DNA of 64,000 bases from Podarcis muralis (Eukaryota): NCBI RefSeq assembly GCF_964188315.1, contig NC_135666.1, positions 25,978,001 through 26,042,000 of the forward strand, read 5' to 3'. Shown here one piece after another: positions 62,590-64,000 of this stretch. How positions within the stretch are numbered: position 1 is the first letter of the stretch; each line of letters opens with the position of its first letter. The notes below the pieces were generated by a model. It saw nothing but the letters and a program-made list of their open reading frames with translations, searched no databases and was not told the DNA's origin. The translations under genes were made by a program, and so were the position numbers.

Positions 62590-63386
62590 GGAGGCAGTGT
62601 TAGTAAATTTCAAAAATCCCACTTGTGGAGAGATCCGTGACTTGGAGCATGGGAGGCAGATTGAGAGTATATGGGTGAAAATTTTAGGAGGGGGAAACAA
62701 CTGTAACCTTACTGTGGGTGTCTGCTATAGACCCCCAAGCCAGACTGAAGACTTGGATGGTGCCTTCCTAGAGCAGATTACCAAACAATTAAAAAGGAGG
62801 GATTTAATAGTCATGAGAGACTTCAGGTACCCTGATATCTGTTGCAACTCTGCCAAGAATGTAAGGTCCAACAAATTCCTCAGTTGCCTCACTGACTATT
62901 TCATTTCCCAGAATTTGGAAGAAGCAACAAGGGGGTCATCTCTCTGGGACATGGTCCTCACTAATGAGAGGAACTGATTGACAAAGTGAAAGTACTGGGA
63001 ACCTTGGGAGGAAGCAATTTTGCTCTCTTGGATTTCGTTATACAGAGGCAAGGGGAAGTTGAGTGTAGTCAGACATGCACTCTGGACTTTAAGAAATTAT
63101 TTCAAAAAAAGTTTAAGGAACTACTGGGTGAGATCCCATGGTCAGAAATACTCAAAGAGAAGGGATGGAGGCTTCTTAAAGGTGAAATGTTGAAGGCACG
63201 AAGGCAGGCAATCCCAAGAAGAAAGAAAAGTAGGAAGCACCTAAAGAAACTGGTGTGGCTACATAAGGAGCTTACAGACGAGCTGAGATGTAAAAATGTC
63301 ATGTATAAGAAACGGAAGTATATACACAAGCAGCCAACACTTGCAAGGAGAAGGGTTCCCTTGCAGCTCTACAATTCTATGATTCT
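62590..63386 (+). mobile_element. CR1 LINE: ORF2 endonuclease-domain fragment joined directly to the 3' tail
   Basis: IESIWVKI...VGVCYRPPSQ...FLEQI...DFRYPDIC...NKFLSCL...VLTN, then LGGSNFALLDF. Tail CTCTACAATTCTATGATTCT at about 63367-63386. Confidence 0.85.
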
Positions 63387-64000
63387 TTGTGAGTCTGCCG
63401 TATATCTCTCTGAACACAGCTGTACCCAGGAAGAAGGCTCTACTCAGGAGGAGGAAAAGACCCACCTTCAACCAATTACCCATCAGAAGACCAGGTAGAG
63501 GAGGAGCTGCTTAAGCCTTACAGTCTCATGTAGACCTTTTATTGGGGCTGGATTAAAAGCTCTTAATGGAAAATCCCATTGGCTCTACAGTGCCATCTGG
63601 CGTCGCATGATTATAACGCAGTTATAATGATATAATTGATGAGCGTAGATGAGTCTCGGGTTAACAGCTCTCCTCCAACAGCCATTAAAAGGTGGGGTAT
63701 GTATGTATGTATGTATGTATGAGTAAATAAATAAAGAACATTGTTATTTTAAAAAACAATACTTTGAGTTCCAGACCAGGGTGGCACAGACGTGCCTTTC
63801 CAGGTTCAGCCTGAAGGCATGCGTGCTGATATAGATTGCCAAAGTCCTCATCCGCTTGTGTCAACATACTTGGCTTCAACCATTGCCTGTTGAAGCTTGG
63901 CTATTGTCCTTCCCCAAATCTGCAAAGCCTTCCTCCATCATCTGGTCATCAAAATCCATCTTTTCCAGAGTTGGGCGGAATCCCTATTCCGTAACTGAAC

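Overview
This is vertebrate genomic DNA, not prokaryotic. The repeat content (Sauria SINE, BovB, CR1, L2, Rex1, Penelope, hAT and Tc1/mariner MITEs) points to a squamate reptile, probably a lacertid lizard (inference). The + strand carries the 3' part of integrin alpha-8 (ITGA8): ten coding exons at 2564-45615 (exons 21-30 by human numbering), all with AG/GT boundaries and consistent phases, ending in the diagnostic KCGFFDR tail. A probable polyA signal lies at 48460. The rest is intron or intergenic sequence rich in transposons. The main discovery is in ITGA8 intron 21. A 1605-bp non-autonomous hAT (Buster/Charlie-type) DNA transposon at 4162-5766 has perfect 15-bp TIRs and a perfect 8-bp TSD, and carries a captured, CpG-rich 5' piece of the homeobox gene SIX5 (upstream/5'UTR, start codon and about 70 codons of the SIX domain). 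It is inserted into the end of a Rex1/Babar LINE, so it is a vertebrate 'Pack-hAT' gene-capture element. The second highlight is a very young Penelope-like retroelement at 51973-54384. It forms a 988-bp-arm inverted repeat inside a (TA)n microsatellite, has minimal hammerhead-ribozyme motifs in both arms, and has a template-switch scar at the inversion junction. No rRNA, true tRNA or CRISPR features were found. Homologue sequences were recalled from memory and no database searches were run.
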